Assembly: GCA_900767835.1 (NCBI GenBank)
Contig: CAAGAO010000016.1
Coordinates: 7,339 to 71,338 of the forward strand
DNA from: Clostridia bacterium
GTDB lineage: Bacteria; Bacillota; Clostridia; Christensenellales; UBA1242
Direction of reading: 5' to 3'
Length of the DNA: 64,000 nt
The translations under genes were made by a program, and so were the position numbers. Below, piece after piece: positions 9,081 to 19,900 of this stretch (positions are counted from its first letter, which is position 1; every line of letters begins with the position of its first letter). Below the pieces are notes generated by a model. The model was given only the letters and a program-made list of their open reading frames with translations, made no database searches and was not told the DNA's origin.

Positions 9081-9113
9081 AATCTCTTTGCAGGAATATG
9101 CAAAGAGATTTTT
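9081..9113 (+). terminator. Rho-independent terminator
   Basis: aatctctttgca / tgcaaagagatt, perfect 12-bp stem, 6-nt loop, T run. Confidence 0.8.
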
Positions 9114-9240
9114 AATAATATGAGATATCCTTTCGTTGATTAAAATATTATGTAAATTAAAAAGTGATAAATAATTCAAATAATGAGTAATAAAACAAAA
9201 TAAATCAACATAGTATATAACAATCTTATTTGGAGGTTGT

Positions 9241-10716
9241 ATGGAAAAATTAGATATCTACGAAGAAATAGCAATGCGTACAGGTGGTGATATATATGTT
9301 GGAGTTGTAGGACCTGTTCGTACTGGCAAAAGTATGTTTATTACTAAATTTATGGAAAATCTTGTTATCCCTAATATAGTTAATAAGTTTTCAAAAGAAA
9401 GAGCAATAGATGAATTGCCTCAAAGTGCAGAAGGTAAAACTATTATGACAACACAACCAAAATTTGTACCAAATGAAGCGGTGCATATTAGTTTGGATAA
9501 TGTTGATATGAATGTTAGACTTATTGATTGTGTTGGATATATGATAAATGGTGCCTTAGGGCATGAAGAAAACGAAAAACCAAGGCTAGTCAAAACTCCT
9601 TGGTCAAACGAAGAAATGCCATTTGAAGAAGCAGCAGAGATAGGTACTAAAAAAGTAATAGAGGAACATTCAACAATAGGTATTTTATTAACAACTGATG
9701 GAACAATATCTGACATTCCAAGAACTAGTTATATAGACGCAGAAGAACGTGTGGCGGGCGAATTAATTAATAGTGGTAAACCGTTTGTAACCATAGTTAA
9801 TACTACAAAACCTGAGTCTCAAGATGCTAAAAATCTTGCCAATTCATTATCAAAAAAATATGGGTGTACTACGATTTGTCTTAATGTAAAAGAAATGGGA
9901 ACTCAAGATATTGAAAATATCTTTGCAAAAGTATTATTGGAATTCCCAATAAAATCTATTAAAGCAAAAATGCCAGATTGGTTGCAAGCCTTACCATATG
10001 ATAATGAAATTATAAAAAATGTTATTAACGAAATAAAAAAATATGGAATTGATATTACCAAAATAGGTCAAATAGATAGAACGATGATAGCATTCAATGA
10101 AAACTCCGATTTTGAACCTATAACTGTGGATAGTGTAAAAATGGGTGAAGGTACAGTTTACTTTAATATTAAACCAAAACAAGGTTTGTTTTACAAAGTA
10201 TTATCCAATGCGTGTGGTTGTTGCATTAAAGATGATTACGAACTTGTCACTTACTTGCGAGATTTAGCATATGCTAAAAAAGAATATGATAAATTATCTT
10301 CAGCATTGGAGCAAGTAAAACAAACAGGTTATGGTATTGTAGAACCAAGTATTGATGAAATTGTTTTAGACGAGCCACAAATTGTTAAACAAGGTGGTAG
10401 ATTTGGTGTTAAATTAAAAGCAAATGCACCAAGTTTGCATATTATGGCTGTAGATGTAGAAACTGAGGTTAACCCTCTTGTTGGTACTCAAAGTCAAAGT
10501 GAAGAACTAGTAAATTACTTAAATGAACAATGTGAGAAAGACCCAAATGCAATTTGGCAAACTAATATGTTTGGTAAAAGTTTACAAAGTTTAGTCAGTG
10601 ATGGTATACACTCAAAAGTATTCCAAATGCCTACCGAAGCACAAAGAAAAATGCGAAAAACACTTGGAAGAATTGTTAATGAAGGTAAAGGTGGAATTAT
10701 TTGTATTCTATTGTAA
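9241..10716 (+). CDS. spoIVA: Stage IV sporulation protein A (spore coat morphogenetic ATPase)
   Basis: IYEEIAMRTGGDIYVGVVGPVRTGKS Walker A N-terminus typical of SpoIVA. 491 aa. SD ggagg. Confidence 0.95.
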   Translation: MEKLDIYEEIAMRTGGDIYVGVVGPVRTGKSMFITKFMENLVIPNIVNKFSKERAIDELPQSAEGKTIMTTQPKFVPNEAVHISLDNVDMNVRLIDCVGYMINGALGHEENEKPRLVKTPWSNEEMPFEEAAEIGTKKVIEEHSTIGILLTTDGTISDIPRTSYIDAEERVAGELINSGKPFVTIVNTTKPESQDAKNLANSLSKKYGCTTICLNVKEMGTQDIENIFAKVLLEFPIKSIKAKMPDWLQALPYDNEIIKNVINEIKKYGIDITKIGQIDRTMIAFNENSDFEPITVDSVKMGEGTVYFNIKPKQGLFYKVLSNACGCCIKDDYELVTYLRDLAYAKKEYDKLSSALEQVKQTGYGIVEPSIDEIVLDEPQIVKQGGRFGVKLKANAPSLHIMAVDVETEVNPLVGTQSQSEELVNYLNEQCEKDPNAIWQTNMFGKSLQSLVSDGIHSKVFQMPTEAQRKMRKTLGRIVNEGKGGIICILL

Positions 10717-10745
10717 ATTTTTAAATTGCATTGTAGAATAAAATT

Positions 10746-10787
10746 AAGATGTATTTCGATTTAATTCGACTTATACATCTTTTTTTA
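10746..10787 (+). terminator. Rho-independent terminator
   Basis: aagatgtat / atacatctt stem followed by TTTTTT. Confidence 0.7.
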
Positions 10788-10906
10788 TTGACCCTCATTA
10801 ATATTATAGAATTTTATATTTTATTCGCATAAATAACTGTATAAAAAAAGTTAAATTATCTACTAATTTATTTTTAAAATAAAAATTGATGTGCTAAACT
10901 ATATAT

Positions 10907-12361
10907 ATGAAAAAATATATTATAGGCATTGATGAAGGAACAACAAGTTGCAGAAGTGTTTTATATGATGTGACCAAAAATGAAATTGTTGATATATCAA
11001 GTAGGGCTTTTAAATCTAAATATCCACATGATGGGTGGGTAGAACAAGATGCAGAGAAAATATATAAATTGCAACTTGAAACTGTTAAGGAGTTGGTTGA
11101 TAAAGTTAAACCTAAAAATGTAATATGTATGGGAATAGCAAACCAAAGAGAGACAATAGTTGCTTGGAATAAAAAGACTAAAAAGCCAGTATATAATGCT
11201 ATTGTTTGGCAGTGTAGGCGTACAGCAGACTATATTAAATCATTACCTAAAAAAATTGTTGAAAAAATTAAACAAAAAACTGGACTTATAGCAGATGCAT
11301 ATTTTAGTGCAAGTAAAATAAAATGGCTCTTGGATAATGTTCCAGCCGTACAAAAACTAATGCAAGAAAATAACTTGTGTATTGGAACAATGGATTCTTT
11401 TCTTGCATACAAGTTTACTGGAAAATTTGTGACTGATGTTACAAATGCAAGTAGAACTATGCTATTAAATATAGATACATTAGACTACGATGATGAACTT
11501 TTGGAGTTTTTTAATATTCCAAAAGAAATATTACCACAGATTATTTCAAATAGCGAAATAGTAGGTAAAGTTCTAGAATATGACTTTCCTTTAGCAAGTA
11601 TGGTTGGAGACCAACAAGCATCATTGTTTGGACAAGGCTGTTTTAGTTCTGGTAGAGCAAAGGTTACTTACGGCACTGGTGGTTTTTTACTTTTAAATAT
11701 AGGGAACAAACCATCATATGTAGATAGAATGTTAACTACAATAGCATATAAAATCAAAAATAAGGTTTGTTATGCTTTGGAAGGTAGTATATATAGTGCT
11801 AGTTCAACAATAAATTTTATGAAAGATAATCTTGGTTTTTTCTTTAATCCTGCTGATACTGGACCTATGGCTGAGAGTGTAAAAAGTAATGATGGTGTAT
11901 ACTTTGTTCCTGCATTTACTGGTCTTGGTGCTCCATATTGGAATTCAAATGTAAGAGCAATTATTACTGGGATTACTTTTGATACTAAAAAAGAGCATAT
12001 TATCCGTGCTGGCATAGAAAGTATGGCTTATAATACAAAAGCAATTTTAGAACAAATGGCACAATGTGGGGTAAATGTAACTAAAATTAAATGTGATGGC
12101 GGTTGTAGTAAGAATAAATTTCTTCTTCAATTTTTGGCTGATATAAATAATATTAAAGTTGTCAAAAATAAAGAGAGCGAAGCAACTGCTTTAGGCGCAA
12201 TTTTTCTTGCAGGGCTTGCTTGTAAAGTGTTTAATATACAAAAGTTAAATAAAATAATTGCCTCAAGTGCTGTTTACACCAGCAAAATGAATGATTATGA
12301 ACGAAATAAACTATATTTGGGTTGGAAGAATGCTGTAAAAATGGCATCTTATAAGGAATAA
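10907..12361 (+). CDS. glpK: Glycerol kinase (FGGY family)
   Basis: YIIGIDEGTTSCR, NQRETIVAWN, AIVWQCRRT, GDQQASLFGQ motifs. Confidence 0.9.
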   Translation: MKKYIIGIDEGTTSCRSVLYDVTKNEIVDISSRAFKSKYPHDGWVEQDAEKIYKLQLETVKELVDKVKPKNVICMGIANQRETIVAWNKKTKKPVYNAIVWQCRRTADYIKSLPKKIVEKIKQKTGLIADAYFSASKIKWLLDNVPAVQKLMQENNLCIGTMDSFLAYKFTGKFVTDVTNASRTMLLNIDTLDYDDELLEFFNIPKEILPQIISNSEIVGKVLEYDFPLASMVGDQQASLFGQGCFSSGRAKVTYGTGGFLLLNIGNKPSYVDRMLTTIAYKIKNKVCYALEGSIYSASSTINFMKDNLGFFFNPADTGPMAESVKSNDGVYFVPAFTGLGAPYWNSNVRAIITGITFDTKKEHIIRAGIESMAYNTKAILEQMAQCGVNVTKIKCDGGCSKNKFLLQFLADINNIKVVKNKESEATALGAIFLAGLACKVFNIQKLNKIIASSAVYTSKMNDYERNKLYLGWKNAVKMASYKE

Positions 12362-12362
12362 T

Positions 12363-12824
12363 ATGAAGAATTTTATTATGAATATTATTTTGCATTTTAT
12401 GTATCGTGGCATTAAAGTGTTAAACAACAGAGATAGTGTTATAACAAAAGAATTAAAAGCACTTCCTAATGGTTATACAATTAGAATCGATACTGATATA
12501 AAAAAAGCAAAATCTATATGTATAAAAATAGAAAATGGTAAAATTAAAAAAATTAAAAACGCACAGATGGTTGACCTTGCAATAGTATTTAAGAACAAAC
12601 AGTTAGCATATAAAACTTTAATTGGTAAGGTTAGTATTGCAGAAGGATATGCCAAACATTATTTTCAAATGTTTGGAAATATTTACCTTGCAATGGGTGT
12701 AACAAGAATTTTAGAAAGAGTGGAAGGTTATTTATTCCCAAAATGTATAAACAAGAATTGTTTAAAAAGACCATTTAAACGAGAAATTTCGTTATTTAGA
12801 ACATATTTGTTATGTATATTTTAA
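12363..12824 (+). CDS. Hypothetical protein, possibly SCP2-like lipid-carrier fold
   Basis: ATG 1 nt after the glpK stop. The pattern of a central sheet plus a C-terminal GN..LAMG helix resembles SCP2 domains. Weak assignment. Confidence 0.45.
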   Translation: MKNFIMNIILHFMYRGIKVLNNRDSVITKELKALPNGYTIRIDTDIKKAKSICIKIENGKIKKIKNAQMVDLAIVFKNKQLAYKTLIGKVSIAEGYAKHYFQMFGNIYLAMGVTRILERVEGYLFPKCINKNCLKRPFKREISLFRTYLLCIF

Positions 12825-12836
12825 AAGGTGAAAATT

Positions 12837-14003
12837 ATGAAATATTTTGAATTTTTTAATCCCGTAAAAATTTGTGCTGGGGAAGATGCAATAAAGCATT
12901 TGAACTATGAATTACAAGCACTTAATGTTAAAAAACCATTGTTCTTATCTGATGAGGGCTTGAAAAAACTAGGTATGGTAGATAAGGTTATTAAACAAGC
13001 AAATCTTGAAAACTATGTGTTATACACAGACATTCCAACCGATAGCGGTGTTAGTGTAGTAAATAATATATTAAAGACCTTAAAAGAAAATAACTGTGAT
13101 GGTATAGTTGCACTTGGTGGTGGAAGTGTTATTGACACAGCAAAAGGTGTAAAAATGGCTTATTTAAGAACTGACAACTTAAAAGACATTATGGGACTTG
13201 AAGTTATATCCAGAGCAAAAGAATTACCATATTTGGTTATGCCTACAACATCTGGAACAGGCAGTGAAGTAACAAGTGTTGCAGTAATTAAAGATGAAGA
13301 ATCGGGTGTTAAAATGGAATTTATAACTCCATATTTAATGCCAAATGTTGCAATTATAGACCCAATTTTAACATTAACCTTGCCACCTAAAATAACAGCA
13401 AGCACAGGTATGGATGCTCTTTGTCATGCTATTGAGGGGTATTCGTGTATGCAAAAAAATCCACTATCAGACGCATATGCAATAACAGCAATAAAACTTA
13501 TTATGGAAAATTTAGAACTTGTTTGCAAAGAGCCATCTAATATAAATGCAAGAAATAATATGGCTATTGCTTCTTGTCTTGCAGGGTTAAGTTTTGGTAA
13601 TAGTATGGTTGGTGGTGTACATGCTATAGGACATTCGCTAGGTGGTGTTTGTCACATAGCACATGGTGATGCTATGGCAATATTACTACCTTATGTTATG
13701 GAATATAATAAAGAAAAACTATGCAATATCTATGCTGAACTTGCTCCAATTTTTGCTCCAAACTTAAACAAAGATTTAACAAACGAACAAAGATGTGATT
13801 TAGTAATTAATATAGTTAAACAATTAAGAGAGAATTTGCATAATTTAACAGGATTGCCTATTTCTTTGACACAAACAGGCAAATATGATAAATTAAAAGA
13901 AGAAGATGTTGCTTTGGGTGCATTAAATGATGGTGCAATGATAGTTAATCCTGTTGCAATGAATATTGAAGATGTAAAAAAAATATTAAACAAAGCAGAA
14001 TAA
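12837..14003 (+). CDS. Iron-containing (group III) alcohol dehydrogenase
   Basis: GGGSVIDTAK, PTTSGTGSE, and His-rich metal site HAIGH...HG. ATG 12837 has AAAGGTG upstream (GTG 12828 is the alternative). Confidence 0.85.
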   Translation: MKYFEFFNPVKICAGEDAIKHLNYELQALNVKKPLFLSDEGLKKLGMVDKVIKQANLENYVLYTDIPTDSGVSVVNNILKTLKENNCDGIVALGGGSVIDTAKGVKMAYLRTDNLKDIMGLEVISRAKELPYLVMPTTSGTGSEVTSVAVIKDEESGVKMEFITPYLMPNVAIIDPILTLTLPPKITASTGMDALCHAIEGYSCMQKNPLSDAYAITAIKLIMENLELVCKEPSNINARNNMAIASCLAGLSFGNSMVGGVHAIGHSLGGVCHIAHGDAMAILLPYVMEYNKEKLCNIYAELAPIFAPNLNKDLTNEQRCDLVINIVKQLRENLHNLTGLPISLTQTGKYDKLKEEDVALGALNDGAMIVNPVAMNIEDVKKILNKAE

Positions 14004-14016
14004 AGGAGATTATTTT

Positions 14017-14718
14017 ATGAGATATTTGTTATTGGCAATTACAATAGCACTTGCAATTACATTTATAATTGTAAGAGTGTTAAAAGGTGGTATTTGGGGG
14101 CTTTTTACAAAAACAACAGCAAGTTTAGCATTTGTGGCTCTCGGTCTTGTTGGCGCATATAAACATGGGTTAACAATGGTTGCATCTTTTATATTGCTAG
14201 GACTATTATTTGGTATGCTTGGTGATATAGTTCTTGACCTAAAAAAGATATATAAAAATGATGAAAAACCTTATCTTAATGCGGGTATGCTTAGTTTTGG
14301 TTTAGGTCATATTATGTATATGATTGCAACTATTTTGTATTCAAATAGTCTATTTAAATATGACATCAAGACATTATATTTAGTTATGATAGGTGTTGGA
14401 ATAGGTGGAATTATAACAATTTTTATTGCTTGCTTTGGTGAAAAATTGTTAAAATTAAACTTCGGTAAATTTAGATATCAAACTTATGCATATACATTTA
14501 TTTTTTCATTTATGTCCGCTTTTTCAGTTGCAGTTGCTTGCTATAGACCTATATTTTTAGTTTTTGCCTTGGGAATAGTATTTATATTCTTAAGCGACTT
14601 AATTTTATCAAAACAATACTTTGGTGGAGAGCAAGACAACAATGTTTTAACCATTTTAAATCATGCAATTTACTATGCGGGGCAAATTGCAATTGCTTTT
14701 TCACTATTCTTTATTTAG
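14017..14718 (+). CDS. YhhN-family membrane protein (lysoplasmalogenase/TMEM86 family)
   Basis: Multi-TM with GMLGDIVLD, FGLGHIMYM and FLSDLIL motifs characteristic of YhhN. Confidence 0.7.
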   Translation: MRYLLLAITIALAITFIIVRVLKGGIWGLFTKTTASLAFVALGLVGAYKHGLTMVASFILLGLLFGMLGDIVLDLKKIYKNDEKPYLNAGMLSFGLGHIMYMIATILYSNSLFKYDIKTLYLVMIGVGIGGIITIFIACFGEKLLKLNFGKFRYQTYAYTFIFSFMSAFSVAVACYRPIFLVFALGIVFIFLSDLILSKQYFGGEQDNNVLTILNHAIYYAGQIAIAFSLFFI

Positions 14719-14728
14719 GTTGGTTGTG

Positions 14729-15190
14729 ATGAAACAAATTATATTATATACAGATGGTGCTTGCTCGGGAAATCCAGGAGTAGGAGGTTGGGGGTGTATT
14801 TTAGACTATAATGGCAATTTAAAAGAGCTCTCGGGTGTAAGTGAAATTACAACTAACAACCAAATGGAAATAACAGCTGTAATTGAGGGTTTAAAAGCCT
14901 TAAAAGAGCCTTGCAAAGTAGATATATATAGTGACTCCGCTTATGTCGTTAATACATTTACACAAGGCTGGATAGATAATTGGCAAAAAAACAACTGGCG
15001 AACGGCAGATAAAAAAGAAGTAAAAAATGTAGAACTTTGGCAAGAATTATTGTCACTATGTAATACACATAAGGTTATATGGCACAAAGTAAGAGGACAT
15101 GCAGATAACGAACGAAATAATCGTTGCGATTTTCTAGCAACAAATGAAATAGCCAAATTTAAAAAGCAAACCGAAACAAATCAATATTAA
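14729..15190 (+). CDS. rnhA: Ribonuclease HI
   Basis: ILYTDGACSGNPGVGGWG, NNQMEITA, YSDSAYV, VRGHADNERNNRCD motifs. The track start at 14663 overlaps the previous gene. Confidence 0.9.
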   Translation: MKQIILYTDGACSGNPGVGGWGCILDYNGNLKELSGVSEITTNNQMEITAVIEGLKALKEPCKVDIYSDSAYVVNTFTQGWIDNWQKNNWRTADKKEVKNVELWQELLSLCNTHKVIWHKVRGHADNERNNRCDFLATNEIAKFKKQTETNQY

Positions 15191-15265
15191 AATCACATTA
15201 ATGTATAATTTTTAACAAAAAAAATAAAAAATAACAATAAATCATAAAAAATTAAATCAGTAAAA

Positions 15266-15292
15266 GGAGGATATGTTTTTATCCTTTTTTTT
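15266..15292 (+). terminator. Probable terminator after rnhA
   Basis: ggagGATA...TATCc stem with G-U extensions, followed by TTTTTTTT. Confidence 0.45.
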
Positions 15293-15294
15293 AC

Positions 15295-15323
15295 TTGCAA
15301 TTTTAGGCAAAAAGTTGTAAAAT
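15295..15323 (+). promoter_or_regulatory. Candidate sigma-A promoter for plsX
   Basis: TTGCAA, 17 nt, TAAAAT. Confidence 0.4.
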
Positions 15324-15340
15324 TATTTTTGGAGAAATTT

Positions 15341-16366
15341 ATGAAATTTGTTTTAGATGCTTTTGGTGGGGATAATTGCCCACAGGCTATTATAGATGGC
15401 ATTGTTTTGGCACAAAAAGAATTACCAGAAATTGAATACATAGTTACAGGCAATAAAAAAGAAATTGAAACATATATTGCCGAAAAAAAATATAACATTA
15501 AAAATATGGAAATAGTTGATGCCCCTGAAATCATTACTTGTAATGATGTTCCAACTGTTGCTATAAGAGCAAAAAAAAATAGTTCGCTTGTTAAAGCGTT
15601 AGACCTTTTAAAAACTGATGAAACTATTGATGCATTAATTTCAACTGGCAGTACTGGAGCAATACTCGCTGGTGGGTTTTTAAAAATCGGTAGAATAAGG
15701 GGGGTATCTCGTCCAGCATTATGTCCGTCCTTACCAACTAAAACGGGTGGCAATGTGCTTTTAATAGATTGTGGTGCAAATGCAGATTGTAAACCAATAA
15801 ATTTGTGTCACTTTGCAATGATGGGCAGTATTTACTATAAAGAACTTTTCGGCAAAGAAAATCCAAGAGTTGCACTAATGAATAATGGAACTGAAGATAC
15901 AAAAGGAAATGAACTTGTTAAAGCAACCTTTCCGCTTATGAAAAAACTACCAATTAACTTCGTTGGAAATATGGAAGCACGAGATGCACTTTCTGGCGAT
16001 TACGATGTTTTAGTTTGTGATGGTTTCACTGGTAATGTATTTTTAAAAGCAACCGAAGGTGCGGTTGGTTTAGTAATGGGTGAACTAAAAGGTGCTTTAA
16101 AATCAAGCCTTCTATCAAAAATTGGTGCAATGTTTTCTATGAAAGCATTTAAAAAAGTTAAAAAACGCCTAGATTATAACAAATATGGTGGTTCACCATT
16201 CATTGGTTGTAGTAAAACTATAATTAAATCTCACGGTTCTAGCAAGGCGGAAACAATATGTGCAAGTATTGTGCAAGCATACAAATATCAAAAGGCACAA
16301 ATTAATGAAAAAATAGCACAAGAAATAGTAAACTTGCCTAGTTTAGAGGAAATAGAAAATGACTAA
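15341..16366 (+). CDS. plsX: Phosphate acyltransferase PlsX
   Basis: MKFVLDAFGGDNCP N-terminus and full-length PlsX-like sequence. GGAG lies 6 nt upstream of ATG 15341. Confidence 0.95.
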   Translation: MKFVLDAFGGDNCPQAIIDGIVLAQKELPEIEYIVTGNKKEIETYIAEKKYNIKNMEIVDAPEIITCNDVPTVAIRAKKNSSLVKALDLLKTDETIDALISTGSTGAILAGGFLKIGRIRGVSRPALCPSLPTKTGGNVLLIDCGANADCKPINLCHFAMMGSIYYKELFGKENPRVALMNNGTEDTKGNELVKATFPLMKKLPINFVGNMEARDALSGDYDVLVCDGFTGNVFLKATEGAVGLVMGELKGALKSSLLSKIGAMFSMKAFKKVKKRLDYNKYGGSPFIGCSKTIIKSHGSSKAETICASIVQAYKYQKAQINEKIAQEIVNLPSLEEIEND

Positions 16367-16970
16367 AATTGGCGAATATTCTTTCAAAACAGATATTATA
16401 AATACTGCTTTAACACATTCATCATTTTCGGCTGATAATTATGAAAGGCTTGAATTTTTGGGTGATTCTATTTTAGATTTTTTAATCGCAGATATTTTAT
16501 ATAAATCTGAAGATTATAAAGAAGATGAACTAACAAGAGCAAGAGCAAGTATAGTAAGTGAAGAAAACTTAAGTAAAGTTTTTGATAATTTAAAAATTGA
16601 GCATATGGTCAAACTTGGCAAAAGTTGTCCTTATGTTACAAGAGCAATAAAATGTGACATTGTCGAAAGTATTGTGGCTTGCATATATCTTGAAAGCGGT
16701 TTAAATGAGTGCAAAAATTTTATATTGCAAAATTTTAATTTGCATCCAAGTCAAAAAAAAGACTTTAAATCACTTTTACAAGAATACGCACAAAAAAATA
16801 AGTACACCTTTTCTTATGAGTTGGAAAAAACAACAGGTCCAGCACACGATTTAACATTTTATGTAAATTTAGTAATAAACAACAAAATAATCGCTTGTGC
16901 TAGTGCAAAAAGTAAAGGTGAAGCGGAAAAAATATGTGCAGAAAAAGCACTAAAAAAATTGATTAATTAA
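16359..16970 (+). CDS. rnc: Ribonuclease III
   Basis: ALTHSSF...NYERLEFLGDSILD signature. C-terminal dsRBD (GPAHDLTF...AKSKGEAEK). Confidence 0.92.
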   Translation: MTKIGEYSFKTDIINTALTHSSFSADNYERLEFLGDSILDFLIADILYKSEDYKEDELTRARASIVSEENLSKVFDNLKIEHMVKLGKSCPYVTRAIKCDIVESIVACIYLESGLNECKNFILQNFNLHPSQKKDFKSLLQEYAQKNKYTFSYELEKTTGPAHDLTFYVNLVINNKIIACASAKSKGEAEKICAEKALKKLIN

Positions 16971-16979
16971 GGAAAACAG

Positions 16980-19900
16980 ATGAATTTTAAAAAAATAGAA
17001 CTTGCAGGGTTTAAGTCTTTTGCAGACAAAATTGAAATTAAATTTGATTCAGGTGTTACCGCAATCGTTGGTCCAAACGGTTGTGGTAAAAGTAATGTTG
17101 CCGATGCTATAAGATGGGTTTTAGGTGAGCAAAGTAGTAAAAACTTGCGTGGTACATCTATGCAAGATGTTATTTTTAACGGAACTGAAAAGCGAAAAAG
17201 TTTATCATATTGCGAAGTTACTTTAACTTTTGACAATACCGATAGATATTTTAACTACGACTATGATGAAGTTGCAATAACCCGTAAACTATATCGCTCG
17301 GGCGAAAGTGCATACTTAATTAATAGACAAGATTGCCGACTAAAAGATATCATTAATCTACTTTATGACTCTGGTATAGGTAAAGATGGCTATTCTATCA
17401 TAGGTCAAGGTAAGGTTGAACAAATTATCTCATCAAAGCCCGAAGATAGACGCTCAATCTTTGAAGATGCCGCAGGTATATCAAAATTCAAATCTCGTAA
17501 AGTTGAAGCAGAACGTAGATTGGAAAGAACAAGAGATAATATAGCCCGCGTAAACGATATTGTTTCGGAAATCGAAAGACAAATGGGTCCTATGAAAAAG
17601 CAAGCGGAAAATGCAAAAGCATACCTTGCCTTTAAAGACCAATTAAAAGATTTAGAAATCAATGCATATGTTTTCCAATATGAAAACGCAAAGAATGTCA
17701 AAGACCAAATCAACTTAAAAATTAAAGCCATACTAGAAGAATTAAACTTAGAAACAGCAAGACTAGAAGAAACAAACGCAAATTATGCTCAAAGTATGGA
17801 ACGACTTAATGTTATAGATAAAGAAATAGAAAATATACATAGTGAGGTTTTGCGTTTGACCGTTGAAATTGAGCAACAATCTGGCGAAATTAAGGTTATT
17901 CGTGAAAGAATAAACAATTTAAATTTACAAAAAGATAAATTAAACTTGGATGTTTTAAACGCAAACAATGCACTAGTTAAAGACAATGCCGAACTTGAAT
18001 TTAAAAAACAAAAACAACAAGACTTAGAGCAAAAAGTTGGACAGTTACACCTATCTTATGACGAAATGTCAAAAGAGTACTTGTCACTTGTAGATGAACT
18101 TACATCAAAAGAAGAGGAAGCATCAAACACTCAACAACAAATGATTGATGCAATGGATAAACTTTCAGACATTAAAGTTAATTTTTCAAAATATCAAGCC
18201 GAAAAACTAATGCTTGAAGAGAACTTAAAAGAAGCAAATGCAAGAGTAGATGAAGCAAAAAAATCTTTAAATGCAAAACAAGAAGAATATGACAATCTAG
18301 CCGAAAATTGCAAAAAATTGTTTCAAACCAAAAACGAAACGGCAAAAAAATATGCCGATTGTAAGTTTAGACAAGATAGTTTATATGCTCAAATGCGAGA
18401 TATAGAAAATGAAAGACATACTATAAATACAAGACTTCAAGTATACGATAACAAAAAACGTATGCTAGAAGATATGCAAAATGCTTTTGATGGCTATCAA
18501 ATAGCAGTAAAAAAACTATTATTAGATGCAAAACGAAATGAAAATATTAAAAATAAAATGATGGGTGCTTTGGCAACCTTAATAACTGTGCCACAAAAAT
18601 ATGAAACAGCCATCGAAGTTGCTCTTGGCAATGCCGTACAAAACATTGTAACCTTTAACGAGCAAGGTGCGAAAGATTTAATCAATTACTTAAAAACCAA
18701 CCAATATGGTAGGGCAACATTTTTACCAATTAGCACAATAAAATCAAAAGACTTATACCATGCAGACAAAAAAGTTTTAACAAAATCTGGCGTTTTTGGT
18801 GTTGCAAGTGAACTTATTAGTTATTCTAGTGATATAGATAATATTGTGTCAAATCTTTTAGGCACAACAATAATTGTTGATAATTTGGATACCGCTATAG
18901 ATGTCTCTCATAGCACAGAATTATCATATAAAATAGTCACACTAGATGGCGATGTTATTAATCCAGCGGGTTCAATGACTGGTGGTTCTCGTAAGCAAGA
19001 AGCCGCAAATTTAATTTCTCGTGAGCGTGAAATTCAAACATTAGGTGTAGAAATTCAAAAACTTAAAGCAATGCAACTTCAAAAAAACGCATCTTATGAT
19101 GAAATGCAAAAAGAATTAGAATACCTAAAAAATAATATCAATACTTTCTTAGATGAAAAGAATAATGCCGAAATTGATTTCGTAAAAGAAAATGAAAAAT
19201 ATCAACAAGCAAAAGTTGCATTAGAAGATTTAAAAGATGAAATTGATAATCTAGGTGCATCAAACGCAAGCATTAAAGGTAGAATTGAAGTTATTACCGA
19301 AGAATTATCTGGCATAGACCAATTAGAAGAAAATGCTGTAAATAGCAAGGCTCAAACCACTAAATTTATGAACGAAAAACAAGCATTGTTTAATGAACTT
19401 CGCCAAAAACGTGAAAAATTGAACGAACAAATGACGCTAGTTAAAATAGATATAGCATCAAATGAAGCCGAAAGCAGTGCCATAAGAGAAGACTTAATCA
19501 GAATAAACCAAGATATTGATAAACAAAACGAAGTTTTGACTAATTTAAATCGCGAAATTGCAAACCTAGAGGAAACCATTGCCGAAGGCGAAAAAATGAT
19601 TTCTGTTCAATTTGAAAAAGCAGAAAATACTGAGAAAAAGAAAAAACTAGATAGCATAAAACAAAAACAAACCGAATTAGATGCTGATAAACAACAGACT
19701 CAAAATAAAATTAAAGAGTTAGATGCTAGAAAGCAAGAACTAAATGATAGCATAGCAAAAATCAACGATAAAAAATATGCAGAAGATATGCACCTAAGCA
19801 AGGTCGATACTGAACTAGAAAATATGCAAGAAAAAATATATGAAGATTATTCACTTGTATATGAAACTTGTTTGGAATATAAACGTCCCGACTTTGATAT

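Noticed and set aside
9209-9216. CATAGTAT as a sigma-E -10 element for spoIVA
   Set aside because: It only partly matches CATACAnT, and there is no convincing -35 at the right spacing. In such AT-rich DNA this is too weak to call.
15273-15320. 15-codon micro-ORF after a perfect AAAGGAGG
   Set aside because: The SD-to-ATG spacing is only 2 nt, and the SD is part of the rnhA terminator stem.
15193-15753. 186-aa ORF antisense to plsX
   Set aside because: It lies entirely inside the well-supported plsX gene on the opposite strand. The composition is low-complexity and hydrophobic, as is typical of antisense frames, and there is no SD.
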